Shown here: piece by piece, positions 37,340 to 49,700 of the stretch
Layout of the letters: each line of letters begins with the position of its first letter
How positions within the stretch are numbered: position 1 is the first letter of the stretch
Source of the DNA: Calditrichaceae bacterium
GTDB lineage: Bacteria > Calditrichota > Calditrichia > Calditrichales > JBFXGD01
DNA: 64,000 nt
Assembly (NCBI GenBank): GCA_050173015.1
Contig: JBFXLE010000009.1
Location: forward strand, 1 to 64,000
Direction of reading: 5' to 3'
Program-made: the position numbers and the translations under genes
Notes under the pieces: generated by a model
Database searches by the model: none
What the model was told of the DNA's origin: nothing
Seen by the model: only the letters and a program-made list of their open reading frames with translations

Positions 37340-40300
37340 CTAGGCAAGATCCGATTTTTTCATTGTAACCGCTGTCCTTGATACACGTTTAATGACAGGA
37401 GTATCACTTTCCTGTTCACCCTGTGTTTCCAGGGTCTTCATAATGGCTCCCGCGATACCCGCGGAGGTCGGTTGCTCAAACAGTACCCTTAGGGGTAATT
37501 CCACTTTAAAACGCTCTCTCAAACGCGAAAGGAACTGTGTCGCGAGCAGCGAATGACCGCCAAGATCAAAAAAGTTATCATTAATGCCCACTTTTTCTCT
37601 GTTTAAGAGTTGACCGACAATCTCCACTACTTTTAATTCGGTTTCATTACGCGGAGCCACGTATTCGCTTTCGAGATGATCACTAATGCCGGACGGGGCC
37701 GGAAGCGCTTTGCGGTCAATTTTACCGTTTGGCGTAAGCGGCAGCCGGTCCAATTTGAGTATTGAGGGAGGAATCATGTAATCAGGCAGCCGTTCGCGTA
37801 AATAGGTCAAAATTTCCGGTATTTCCAAATTCTTATCTTCTTTGACCACGAAATACGCGGCCAGCGCTTTACTTCCGGGCAGATCATCTCTGGCAATGAC
37901 AACCACATCGCTTATGTCTTTGTGTAGTTTCAGGACAGATTCTATTTCGCCCAATTCAATCCGGAATCCGCGTATTTTGACCTGCTGATCAATCCTTCCC
38001 ATAAACCCGATATTACCGTCCGGGAGATATCGCGCGAGATCACCGCTGCAGTACAACCGGTCACCGGGTTCTTCGGAGAATGGATTTGGAATAAATTTTT
38101 CGGCGGTCTGTCCCGGGCGGTTCAAATAACCCCTGGCAAGGCCGACGCCCGCGATACAAAGCTCACCGGGGACACCCATCGGGACCGGCTGTTTATATTC
38201 ATCCAGAATAAAGATTTTAAAATTGGATATAGGCATACCGATAGGTGGCCCCGAAGGATATTTACCTGAACAAAGATGCATGGAGGCGCACACCGTGGTC
38301 TCAGTCGGTCCGTAAGCGTTAAAAAATTTCCGTCCTTTCCTCCACCGTTCAACCAGCTCACCGGAAACGGCTTCACCGGCTGTGATGATCACACGAAGAT
38401 CGGGCAGTGGAGTTTCAGGCAGCACCGCCAGAACGGACGGTGGCAGTGTTATTGTTGTGATTTGCTCGTCGCGCAGCAGTTTCACTAATGCGTTACCGTC
38501 GACAATCGTCTCACGGGAAGTAAGACAGATGGCGGCGCCGCAGAGTAACGCCATGGTAAATTCCCAAACCGACGCGTCGAAGCTGAGAGATGAAAACTGC
38601 ATGATTTTGCTGTCTTTACCGACATCGAATTCTTTTATCTGAGTACTGGCAAGATTACATAAGCCACGGTGTCTGAGCATGGTGCCCTTCGGTCTCCCCG
38701 TTGATCCCGATGTGTAGATGATATAGGCAAGATTGTCCGGGTCGATGGTGACAGCAGGATTATCATCATTTTCAGTATTTATTTCTGACAATTCCCGGTC
38801 AATAACGATGGATTTGGTTTCAGCGGGAAGCATACCTCGTGTCCTTTCCTGCGCGATAACCACCGGGAGTCCTGAGTCTTCAACCATGTACGCGATTCGA
38901 TCCGCGGGATAGGCCGGATCGATTGGCAGAAACGCGTTGCCTGATTTTAAAACGGCAAGAATGGCTACAATCATATCAATAGACCGGTCCATACAGATTC
39001 CAACCGGTTTTTCCACACCGATGTCAAGGTTTAGAAGATAGCGCGCGAGTCGGTTAGACCTCGAATTTAATTCGGAGTATGTTAATTGTTCTGAACCGGA
39101 GTCGCTGTTAGCCCTGAAGATGACCGCGGGAGCATCCGGTTGCTTTTTGGCATTTAATTCAAACCACTCATGGACGCAAATCTCCGCCGGAAATTCAGAT
39201 TTTGTCTGATTCCATTGGTTAGTGATTTGTTGAGTGTCCTTTGTGGTTAAAAGCTGGAGTGATCCTACCGGATAAGATGGATCCAATGCGACGCTTGTTA
39301 ATAAAGTTTTAAAATGATCCAGCATATTTTTAACGGTTTCCGAATTGAATAAATCGGTATTATACTCCATAATGCCCAGCAGACCGGCCTCTCCTTCAAT
39401 CATGGTCAGGGTCATGTCGTATTTTGATGTAATGGTTTCGGTTTCATAAGGAGTGATAACCAGATCAGATAGCTCAATGGAGGAAACGGGTAAATTTTGC
39501 AGAACAAACGCGACCTGAAACAGGGGAGAATGACTCATATCCCTGGTTGGGTGAAGCTCTTCAACCAGTTTTTCAAAGGGCAGATCCTGATATGAATAGG
39601 CTTTCAGCGCCGTCTCACGAATCTGTTTCATTAATTCGATAAAATCCGGATCATCGTCAAAATCGGCTCTGAAGACAAGCGTGTTGACAAAAAAGCCGAT
39701 TAAACGTTCAATTTCGGGGTGTGTGCGATTAGCGATCGGAGAGCCCACAAGTATGGTTTTCTGGCGGCTGTAACGGTGTAATAGCGTTTGAAACGCGGCC
39801 AGAAGTGTCATAAACAGGGTACAATTTTCTCGCCGGCTAAGCTTGATAAGTTTACCGGTCAAGTCTTCCGATATTTCAATTGTTTCCGTGGCACCGTTAA
39901 ATGTCTGGACAGCGGGTCTTGGTCTGTCCGTTGGCAACTCCAATAATGGGGGGCTTCCGCCTAATTTCTCTTTCCAGTAGGCGATCTGTTGTTCAAGAAC
40001 ATCATCTTTGAGCCAGCCCTGCTGCCATTGGGCAAAGTCGGCATATTGAACCGGTAAATCTGAAAGCAATGGTTCATGGCCTGATGTATAAGCATCATAG
40101 CAGACGGCAATTTCATCAATTAGTAGTTTTACCGACCAGCCATCGGCAATAATGTGATGAAGTGCGAAGACAGACAGATGGCTTTGTTCCGAAAGTTTGA
40201 TTATAAGTACTCTGAATAGCGGTCCGCTTGTTAAATCGAATGATTTTTTAGCCTCCTTTGTGGCAAGATCTTTTGCTTGTTGCGATTTTACGGGTTCATC

Positions 40301-43300
40301 GATTGATGAAAGATCGACCGCTTTCAGTCTGAATTTTGAATCCTGGAGAATAATCTGTTCAGGTTTGCCGTCAATTGTTTTAAAGACGGTCCGTAATGAT
40401 TCATGCCGCGAGATAATGGTCTGAACGCTTTTTTCAAGCGCGTTCAAATCCAGTCTTCCCTTTAGCACAAGCGCTGAAGGAATGTTGTAGAATATATTGC
40501 CGGGTTCGAGCTGGTCTAAAAACCACAAACGTTGTTGCGCGAAAGAAAGGGGAATACCCGCCTTTCGTTCCGTAGGCGCCAGCGGTGGGGCAGCTGAAGA
40601 ACTGTTTTTTACGCTTATCTCTGACAAGGCCTCCGCTAAATCAGAAATGACAGGATGCTCAAACAGGATTCGCAAAGGGATATCTGTCTTGAAGGCGTCC
40701 CGGATGCGCGATACCGCCTGAGTGGCCATTAGAGAATGACCGCCAAGTTCAAAAAAGCTGTTTGTTCTGCCGACTTTTTCAAGTCCAAGAATGTCGGCAA
40801 AGATTCCCGCCAGAATTTCTTCATTTTGATTTGCCGGAGCGACGAATGATCCGGATTCAATAAAGTCGGATTTTTCAGGGGCGGGCAATGCTTTTCTATC
40901 TATTTTTCCGCTGGAATTAAGCGGAAATTTGTCCAGTCGAACAAACACAGACGGAATCATAAACTCAGCCAGCCAGTTTTTTAATTTTTCTCTGATCTCC
41001 GATACTAAAAAGTCAGTCGCTTTCTCAGGTATGATATAGGCGGTAATCCGTTTATCACCTTCCATATCCTCTCTGATGATCACCGTAGCGTCATTAACCG
41101 ATTCTATTCTTTTTAACGCGGATTCAATTTCTTCCAGTTCAACTCTAAATCCGCGCAGCTTAACCTGAAAATCCACCCGCCCCATAAACTCGATATTGCC
41201 GTCGGACAGGAATCTTCCAAGATCTCCGGTTCGGTATAGCCTGCCTCCGTGATTACCATGAAATGGATCGGGCAGAAATTTTTCCGCCGTCAGGTCCGCT
41301 CGATTGTGATATCCCCGGGCGATACCCGGTCCGCCAAGAAAAATTTCACCTGTACAGCCGATCGGGACCGGATTCATATTTTTATCTAGGAGATAGAGAA
41401 GGGTGTTATCCAATGGTTTTCCAATCGGAACGGTTTGGCTGTCCGCATCGAGATCATCCACCTTATAAAGGACGCTTCCGATGGTCACTTCGGTGGGACC
41501 GTATCCATTTATAAATTCATGATCGGTGTGCCATCGTTTTGCGAGATCCCATGAACAACTGTCACCGACTGAAACCAATGTCCGAACCGTCTTCAGCATG
41601 TCAGGCGGTACTGCTGATAATAAAGAAGGGGGCAGTGTCGCGAAAGTGATATTGTGCTTCTCTGCAAATTCATCAAGAGATTCAGGCGATAAAAATACTT
41701 CTTTTCTTGCAAGAAAAAGTGTGGCTCCGGAGAGTAACGCGATAAAAATTTCGGCAACTGACGCGTCAAAGCTCAGCGATGAGAATTGCAGAATATTGGA
41801 ATTATTGTCAATAGATAATTTGTTTGCCATCGCCTGAACGAAATTGCACAATCCCTGATGCTGCAGCAAGACGCCTTTTGGCTGACCTGTAGAACCGGAT
41901 GTATAAATGATGTAGGCCAGATGATGCGGTAATAAAATCGGTTCCGGATTTTCTGCAGGCATATCATCGATTTCCTCATCGATGTCAATGATAGTTAAAC
42001 GATTAATATCCGTTCCGGAAGGGGGAGTTTGATCGGTAATCAAAATCTTCAATCCGGAATCTTTTATCATAAAGTTAATTCGCTCCGCAGGATAATCGGG
42101 ATCGATTGGCACATAGGCCCCGCCTGCTTTAAGTATCCCCAGAATCGCGATGATCATTTGGGTTGATTTATTCATGCAGATTCCGACAAGCTTCTCCGGA
42201 CTAACGCCTTTTTTTATTAAGAAGCGCGCCACTTGATTGGCTTTCCGGTTTAATTCATCATAAGTAAGCGTTTCATTTTCAAAAACGATGGCCTGCTTAT
42301 CCGGTGTGATTTTTACCTGTTCTTCAAACCATTTAGGTATAGTCCGGGTATCCGGGTAGGGTTTTTTGCTCTGATTCCAGGCCTGAAGAAGCAGAGAACG
42401 TTCTTTTTTGGAAAGAATATTCAAATCACCGATCTTTAGTTCTGGATTTTCACAGATGTTTTCAAGTACAAGAACAAGATGTTCAAACATCCTGTCGATG
42501 ATGTTTTCATCAAAGAATTTTTCCTCATAGGCCAGATCGATTCCGATCAGTTTGCCGGGGGAGATGACCAGAGTTATTGGATAATTTGTGCGTTCAAATG
42601 ATTGAACCGATTCAATCCGGATAGAACTTTCCTGATTAATCAGAGAATCGTCTATCGGGTAATTCTCAAATACCATAATAGATTCAAATAATTGAGAGCC
42701 GCGCGGTATTTCGCTGACGGACTGAATTTCCACCAGGGGCGTGAAATCATACTGCAGCAGCTCTGAATGAGTAAATTGCACATTTTCCAGTAGTTTCAGA
42801 ATTTTTTCAGCAGCCTTTAGCTGAATTCGTATGGGAACGGTATTGATAAATAAGCCGACCATTGATTCAACGCCTGTCAGGTCAGCGGGGCGGCCGGACA
42901 CCGTAATGCCGAAAACAACATCATCATTATTGCTGTAACGGCTTAACAAGATAGTCCACGCGCCCTGGAAAAGCGTGTTGAGAGTAAATTTGTTGGCTTT
43001 TGAGAAGGCGGACAATGATTCCGACAATTTTTCGGATAAAGTCAGAGATTTTTTAGCGTATCCGGTCTCAGCCGATTGCTTTCGTTTGCTAATGCCCAAT
43101 AGAGCGGTATTTGTAAATCCGTTGAGCAGTTTCTTCCAGAATTGTTTTGCTTCTTCAATATCACGGGCTTTTAGCCAGGCGATATAATCGCTATATGGAT
43201 AAACCGGTTCAAGAGTTACTTTCCTGTTTTTGCTGAGCGCCTCATACAGAGTGAAAACTTCCTTCAGTATGATTCCCAATCCCCAGCCGTCAAATAAAAG

Positions 43301-43726
43301 GTGGTGATAGTTCCATATAAAACAGGACCTATCTGTTGACAGTCGAATCAGGGTGATGTTCATTAATGGCGCCAGGGACAAATCTATCCTGTTTTTCCGG
43401 TCATCCGCCGTAACATCGCGGATCATTTTGTCAGTATTTTTTGTATCGTGCTCTGTCCAGTCCAAAACACGGAAATTCAATGACACATTTTTATGGACAA
43501 CCTGTAAAGGTTCATCCAGATCTTCCCAGATAAAGGAGCTTCGAAGAATATCCTGTCTTTCAATAACTTTTTCCCATGCCTGCCTGAAAGCTTCAAGAAG
43601 TAATTCTCCGGATATAATGCAGGAGAGTTGTTCGCTGTAAACCTCGGTTTCGGGTGACAGCAATGTATGGAACAACATACCCTGTTGCATGGGGGACAAT
43701 GGATAAATGTTCTGAATATTCTTCAT
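37340..43726 (-). CDS. NRPS: C(DCL)-A(unknown)-T-C(LCL)-A(Phe)-T
   Basis: N-terminal IYPLSPMQQGMLFH...HHLLFDGWG (DCL), internal LSFAQQRLWFL (LCL). Codes DAATVVGIGK and DAWTIAAVCK. Confidence 0.95.
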   Translation of the reverse strand: MKNIQNIYPLSPMQQGMLFHTLLSPETEVYSEQLSCIISGELLLEAFRQAWEKVIERQDILRSSFIWEDLDEPLQVVHKNVSLNFRVLDWTEHDTKNTDKMIRDVTADDRKNRIDLSLAPLMNITLIRLSTDRSCFIWNYHHLLFDGWGLGIILKEVFTLYEALSKNRKVTLEPVYPYSDYIAWLKARDIEEAKQFWKKLLNGFTNTALLGISKRKQSAETGYAKKSLTLSEKLSESLSAFSKANKFTLNTLFQGAWTILLSRYSNNDDVVFGITVSGRPADLTGVESMVGLFINTVPIRIQLKAAEKILKLLENVQFTHSELLQYDFTPLVEIQSVSEIPRGSQLFESIMVFENYPIDDSLINQESSIRIESVQSFERTNYPITLVISPGKLIGIDLAYEEKFFDENIIDRMFEHLVLVLENICENPELKIGDLNILSKKERSLLLQAWNQSKKPYPDTRTIPKWFEEQVKITPDKQAIVFENETLTYDELNRKANQVARFLIKKGVSPEKLVGICMNKSTQMIIAILGILKAGGAYVPIDPDYPAERINFMIKDSGLKILITDQTPPSGTDINRLTIIDIDEEIDDMPAENPEPILLPHHLAYIIYTSGSTGQPKGVLLQHQGLCNFVQAMANKLSIDNNSNILQFSSLSFDASVAEIFIALLSGATLFLARKEVFLSPESLDEFAEKHNITFATLPPSLLSAVPPDMLKTVRTLVSVGDSCSWDLAKRWHTDHEFINGYGPTEVTIGSVLYKVDDLDADSQTVPIGKPLDNTLLYLLDKNMNPVPIGCTGEIFLGGPGIARGYHNRADLTAEKFLPDPFHGNHGGRLYRTGDLGRFLSDGNIEFMGRVDFQVKLRGFRVELEEIESALKRIESVNDATVIIREDMEGDKRITAYIIPEKATDFLVSEIREKLKNWLAEFMIPSVFVRLDKFPLNSSGKIDRKALPAPEKSDFIESGSFVAPANQNEEILAGIFADILGLEKVGRTNSFFELGGHSLMATQAVSRIRDAFKTDIPLRILFEHPVISDLAEALSEISVKNSSSAAPPLAPTERKAGIPLSFAQQRLWFLDQLEPGNIFYNIPSALVLKGRLDLNALEKSVQTIISRHESLRTVFKTIDGKPEQIILQDSKFRLKAVDLSSIDEPVKSQQAKDLATKEAKKSFDLTSGPLFRVLIIKLSEQSHLSVFALHHIIADGWSVKLLIDEIAVCYDAYTSGHEPLLSDLPVQYADFAQWQQGWLKDDVLEQQIAYWKEKLGGSPPLLELPTDRPRPAVQTFNGATETIEISEDLTGKLIKLSRRENCTLFMTLLAAFQTLLHRYSRQKTILVGSPIANRTHPEIERLIGFFVNTLVFRADFDDDPDFIELMKQIRETALKAYSYQDLPFEKLVEELHPTRDMSHSPLFQVAFVLQNLPVSSIELSDLVITPYETETITSKYDMTLTMIEGEAGLLGIMEYNTDLFNSETVKNMLDHFKTLLTSVALDPSYPVGSLQLLTTKDTQQITNQWNQTKSEFPAEICVHEWFELNAKKQPDAPAVIFRANSDSGSEQLTYSELNSRSNRLARYLLNLDIGVEKPVGICMDRSIDMIVAILAVLKSGNAFLPIDPAYPADRIAYMVEDSGLPVVIAQERTRGMLPAETKSIVIDRELSEINTENDDNPAVTIDPDNLAYIIYTSGSTGRPKGTMLRHRGLCNLASTQIKEFDVGKDSKIMQFSSLSFDASVWEFTMALLCGAAICLTSRETIVDGNALVKLLRDEQITTITLPPSVLAVLPETPLPDLRVIITAGEAVSGELVERWRKGRKFFNAYGPTETTVCASMHLCSGKYPSGPPIGMPISNFKIFILDEYKQPVPMGVPGELCIAGVGLARGYLNRPGQTAEKFIPNPFSEEPGDRLYCSGDLARYLPDGNIGFMGRIDQQVKIRGFRIELGEIESVLKLHKDISDVVVIARDDLPGSKALAAYFVVKEDKNLEIPEILTYLRERLPDYMIPPSILKLDRLPLTPNGKIDRKALPAPSGISDHLESEYVAPRNETELKVVEIVGQLLNREKVGINDNFFDLGGHSLLATQFLSRLRERFKVELPLRVLFEQPTSAGIAGAIMKTLETQGEQESDTPVIKRVSRTAVTMKKSDLA

Positions 43727-46700
43727 CGGTTTCCTTTTGTATGATTAAGCCTGTCAAGGACTTTGTTTAATTTCTCATCGGATAATCCGGCGAGTTTAAA
43801 ATCCGACGCCGTGTAGTCACCGGCATCGGGTGACTGACAGTGAATGATTAACTTCCTTAATTCATTAATAAAATTGGCGGAAAACTGCCGGATTGTTTCT
43901 TCCCGGTGCAGGTTAATGCTGTAATTAAATAAGAATTTTAGAGTGTTCCCGCTGATAGTCCCGATAATGTCAATCATTGTGGCTCTCGGGTTGTTTGGTC
44001 CGCGCTCGGATCCGCTTTGTTCATCTGCCGGCATAAATGGAGTGTCTTTTGAAAAATTTTGATCGAATTGTCCCAGATAATTGAATGATATCGGGCAATT
44101 TTCGATGGCTTTCAATTGTTGTTTTACAGAATCAGTATCATCTAAATATCGTAATAAACCATAACTCAATCCTGCTCGTGGTATTTTTCTAAGCTGCTCC
44201 TTGACCGATTTGATACAATCCCCGGGTGTGACTGATTTACCAAGTTCAAGATGAACGGGAAAGAGACTCGTAAACCAGCCGAGTGTTCTCGAAATATCAA
44301 TGTCTTCAAACAATGATTCCCGGCCGTGTCCTTCCATGGTGATCCAAACGGATCTTTTACCTGTCCGGGCGGAGTAAGACAAAGCCAGCGCGGTTAAAAG
44401 GATATCGTTGATCTGTGTATTATATACAGCAGGCACAACCTGGAGCAGCGCGCGTGTTTCATCCTGATTCAATGATACCTGAACACCGGAAACGGAACTT
44501 TCGGTATTGGCGCCATCAGGAAAATCAACAGGAATTGTGTTCAACGGTACTTTAGATAAGTTCAACCAGTACTTTAAATCGCTTTCAGATACTTTGTCTG
44601 ATGTGAAGGAGCGCAATCGTTTCGACCATTCCCTGAACGATGTGGTTTTTGCCGGCAGTTGTATTTCCCCGCCGTTGATGATTTGCCCGTAGGCGGTTTG
44701 CAGGTCATCCAGTAATATCCGCCATGAGATACCGTCAATGATAAGATGGTGAACGATCATCAATAGTTTTCCGGCGGTTTCGCCTGTTTCAAACCAACCG
44801 AACCGGAAAACCGGACCGGTTTCGATATTCAGCGATGCTTGTAACAAAGCTGATTTGGATTCAATAAAGTTCTTTTGTTCCTTGACAGACAGATCTGAAA
44901 TTTTGAATAATGAAAATGGTATTTCGGAGCAGGGATCGTCAAATCTCGCTTCATGGCTATCATCGGTTTTATAAAATTTAAGCCTTAGAACATCATGATG
45001 GTTAACGAGCGTGGTTAACGCTTTTTTTAACGACACAATATCAACTTTTTGAGAAGAGCTTAATAATACCGACTGATTCCAGTGATTAAATTCGGGAAAT
45101 TTCTGTTCAAAAAACCACTTTTGCGCGGGAGTCAAAGACAGTGTACCGGTCACCGGGCCTTGTTCCGCCTGCGTAAATGCCGTAGCTGACGCCACATTGG
45201 CCAGTTGAGCTATTGTCTGATACCGGAAAAACTGCACGGGTGTTATATTCAATCCTTTTTGCTTTGCTTTTGCCGCGATTTGGATGATGATTATGGAATC
45301 CCCGCCAAGCTCAAAAAAGTTATCATGTATGCCTATCTTTTTTAATCCAAGTAGTTCCTGCCAGATCTCCGCGAGAATAATCTGATTGTCGTTTTCAGGA
45401 GCCGCGTATTTCTTCCCGGTGTGTAACTGCTGATCATCGGGTTTTGGCAAAGCTTTCCGGTCAACTTTTCCGTTTGCTGTGAGGGGAATACCGTCCACAT
45501 GAATAAAATGGGCCGGAATCATATACTCAGGCAGCATATCTTCAAGAAAACTTCTCAGTTCACTTAATGAAGGAGGCTGTTGCTCACCGCATACCATATA
45601 AGCCGCAAGCTGTTTTTTACCGGGTTTGTCTTCCCGTGAAATGACCACACACTCAACAATCGATGGATGCCGGTTGACACACGCTTCGATCTCGGCCGGC
45701 TCAATCCGATATCCTCTGATCTTTATCTGGTCATCAGTTCGACCCAGAAATTCCATCAATCCGTTTTTTAAATACCTTACCTGGTCGCCCGTTTTATAGA
45801 GACGTTCACCGGATTTCCCTGAGATCGGATCGGGAACAAACCTTTCGGCTGTCAGATCAGGTCGGTTCAGGTAGCCCCTGGCCACACCGGCCCCGCCGAT
45901 GTACAGTTCGCCACGCGCTCCGGTAGGGACGGTGTTGAAGTATCGGTCTAACGCGTACACTCTTGTGTTGAGAATGGCTTGTCCGATAGGCACTGATCCT
46001 GAACCGTTCCACTCACGGGCTTCATAAACCACGCATCCGACCACGGTTTCGGTCGGGCCGTATTCATTAAACAGCAGAGTCTCAGGAGCGTTTTTTTGCC
46101 AGAACGCGATTTGATCCGTTGTGAGATTTTCGCCGCCGATCACAAACGCTTTGGTGATGCCGGCCGCTTCCGCCGGAGCGATTTGATGCTTAAGAAGATC
46201 CAGATGGGCCGGAGTGATTTTAATGACATTAAAATTTTTATACTCTGTCAGCGCTTTGGACAATGATTCCAGGTCTGAATTGTCAGGCAGAAGCGTAACG
46301 GTACTGCCTGTTAAAATAGGTGTGAACACGGCCGTAACCGTCGCGTCAAACGCGATAGTGGAATGTACCAAAGAACCGCGTCCCTTGCTGAGCGGATAGG
46401 CCTCCATGCACCAATTAAGATAATTTGTCAGACCACGATGAGTGATCATTGTTCCTTTAGGATTTCCGGTCGAACCCGAAGTATATATCATGTATGCGAG
46501 ATGATCCGGTTCGACAGAAACGGATGGATTCGAAGTAGGATTCGATTGAATCACGTTTTTATCACTATCGAGAGCAATGATTTTTCCCTGGAAATCGGGA
46601 AGCTCCCGCAAAAATCCGGATTTGGTGAGCAGAACCGGAACATTGGAATCATCCAGGATATAGGCAAGACGCTCTTTTGGATAAGATGGATCTATAGGCA

Positions 46701-49700
46701 CATACGCGCCGCCCGATTTTAATATACCGAGGATGCTGATGATCATTTCCGCGGAGCGTTCCATGCATATTCCCACAAGCCGGTCCGGACCGATTCCAAG
46801 ATCTTTCAGATAAAAAGCAAGTTGATTGGATACTTCATTTAGCTGTTTGTATGATAGACGTATCGCGCCGATTTCCAGTGCGATTTGATCCGGTATCCGT
46901 CGCGCCTGTTCTTCAAAGACGCGGTGAACGGGAAGATCGAGCGTAAGACGCTTGTCAATGCCATTCCAACCGGTAAGCAGATTGTGTTTTTCATTTTCCG
47001 GGATCATGTTGAGCCGGTTGATTTTTTCAGCAGGATTCCGGGCGATACTTTCCAGTAAATTCTGAAAGTGGATCAGGATCAAATCGATGGTCGATTCATC
47101 GAATAAATCGGTATTAAATTCCATCGCTCCGCTTATACGATCATTATCTTCAAGCATAAAAAGCGTCAGATCGAATTTTGCGGTCCCCGAGTGTGAAACG
47201 ATGGGGGTGAGTTCTAAATCAATATCCATCTTCTCCGGTTTCGGAGTATTCTGGAGAGCGAACATCACCTGAAATAGCGGCGTATGATTGGTATTACGCT
47301 CGGGATGCAGAGCATCGACTATCTTTTCAAAGGGTATCTCCTGATGACTAAAGGCATTTAATGCGGTTTCGCGGACCTGTCTGAGCATGTCAGTGAATGC
47401 CGGATTATTTATGAGATTAATTCTCAGAACAATCGTGTTTACAAAGAATCCGATTAAATGCTCCGTCTCTGTTCTGTCTCGGTTCGCGACCGGACTTCCG
47501 ATGGAAATATCTTCCTGACCGGAATAACGGTTTAGAAGCACGGAAAACGCGCTCAACAAGATCATGAACATGGTAGAATTTTCATTCTCTGCGATTTGCT
47601 TTAACTTCCGGGCAATCGATTCCGATAACTCAAATTTTTTGAAGGATCCCTTTCCGCTGGGAACGGCAGGTCTTTGACGGTCCACCGGAAGATCGATAAC
47701 CGGTTCGCTACCAGAAAGGTTTGAAATCCAATAATCAAGCCCTTTCTTAAAATATTCTTCAGTCAACTGATGCTGCTGCCAATGGGCGTAGTCCGCGTAT
47801 TGTATGGGAAGATCAGGTAAATCCGGATTTAAATTTAAAAGCCCGGCCCGATAGATTCTGGTTAATTCAGTGATAAAAATGGACATGGACCATCCATCCG
47901 ATATGATATGATGAAAGGTCAAAATGACGCGGTGAATGTTCTTCTCAAGACGGATCAGCATGGTTCGGAACAGAGGGGCGGTAGCGAGATCAAATGGCGT
48001 GGAAGCCTCATGCAATGTCAGTTGATCAGCCTCCGCGGCCTTTCCGGCTGAATCGGCTGCCATCAAATCGATAAATTGAATATCCGGCTTTGTATTTTCA
48101 TAAATCCGTAAAGATGCTTTCCCATCCAAATTTACTATGCCCGTCCGGAGTGTTTCATGTCTTTGCATGATCTCTTTCAGAGAAGCCTCAAATAAATCTT
48201 TCCGGAATTCCCCCTTAATTTCGTAAACGGATTGAAGATTATATGAAGGATTATCTGGCATTAATTGATCGATAAACCATAATCGCGTTTGGGAAAATGA
48301 GAGCGGCAGGTTTTCGGTCCTGGGAACCCTGTTGATTGAAAGATGATGCCCGGATGATCCATTCATATCAAGTGATTTCGCCAGATTTCGGATGTCCGGG
48401 TTTTCAAAAATAGTCCTGAGCGGTATCTCAACGCCAAATTCATCCCGGATTCGGGAAATAAGTCGCGTGGCAAAAAGTGAATGCCCGCCCAGATCAAAGA
48501 AATCATCATTCGCGCCCGCTTTCTCCACTCCTAAAATTTCTGAGTATATTTCCGCCAGCTTCTGCTCAGATCCGCTTCCCGGAGGAATATATTCAGCTCC
48601 GGAACCTTTAACGGATTCATCCGGTTCGGGCAGCGCGAAGCGGTCAATTTTACCGTTTGGCGTCCTGGGAAACTCATCCAGCCAGACAAAAAGGTTTGGC
48701 AGCATATAATCCGGCAACTTTCGTTTTAGAAAATCTCTAAGATCCGGTACCGTTGGTTTGCTGACATTTTTCGGGATCAGATACGCGGTAATTTGTTTGT
48801 CACCGGTGACACTTTCCCTGACCACAACGACCGCATCCTTCACATCGGTATGGGCAGCGATATTATTTTCAATCTCACCAAGTTCTATCCTGAATCCTCG
48901 TACTTTTACCTGATGATCAATCCTGCCGATAAAATCAATGCTTCCGTCACTTCTGTAACGCGCCAGATCGCCTGTTTTGTACATGCGGGATCCGGGCTCA
49001 ACCGAAAACGGATCCGGCACAAATTTTTCACCGGTTAACGATGGTCTCGCGAGATATCCTCTTGCCAGACCTTCGCCCCCGATATACAATTCTCCGGCGG
49101 CACCGATCGGGACAGGTTGATTGTTAGCGTCAAGTATGTAGAATCTGGCATTCACGATAGGTTTACCGATTGTAGGCTGTGATTTGAATGACCTGACGGG
49201 ACAAATGGTTGAATCGACCGTACATTCCGTCGGGCCATACATATTAAATGTTTCCGTAACCGGTAATTCCGCCAGCATTTTCCATGTCGTCTCATCGATA
49301 GCTTCCCCGCCCGGAAGAAGCGCGGATGGTTTCCATTCCGGATCATTGAGGAGGCCGGCTGAGATTAATAATTTAAGTTGCGATGGAACGCAGTCAAGAA
49401 GGTCAACCCGCTCATTTTTCAGATAAGACACCATTAATCTGCCATCACCGCGTACTTCTTCGGGTATGATGACAAGGCTATGTCCGCTGAACATCATGAC
49501 CAGTTGCTGAACAGAAGCGTCAAAGGAGATTGGCGCGTTTAGGCTTATATTCATCCGGTTTTTGCCAAAAGACTCGTATATTGATTTGTCAAGGTTCTTC
49601 ATTAGATTTATAGCTGAACGGTGCTGAATCATGACGCCTTTTGGTTGTCCCGTTGTTCCTGAGGTATATATGATATAAGCGAGATTCGCCGAATCCATTT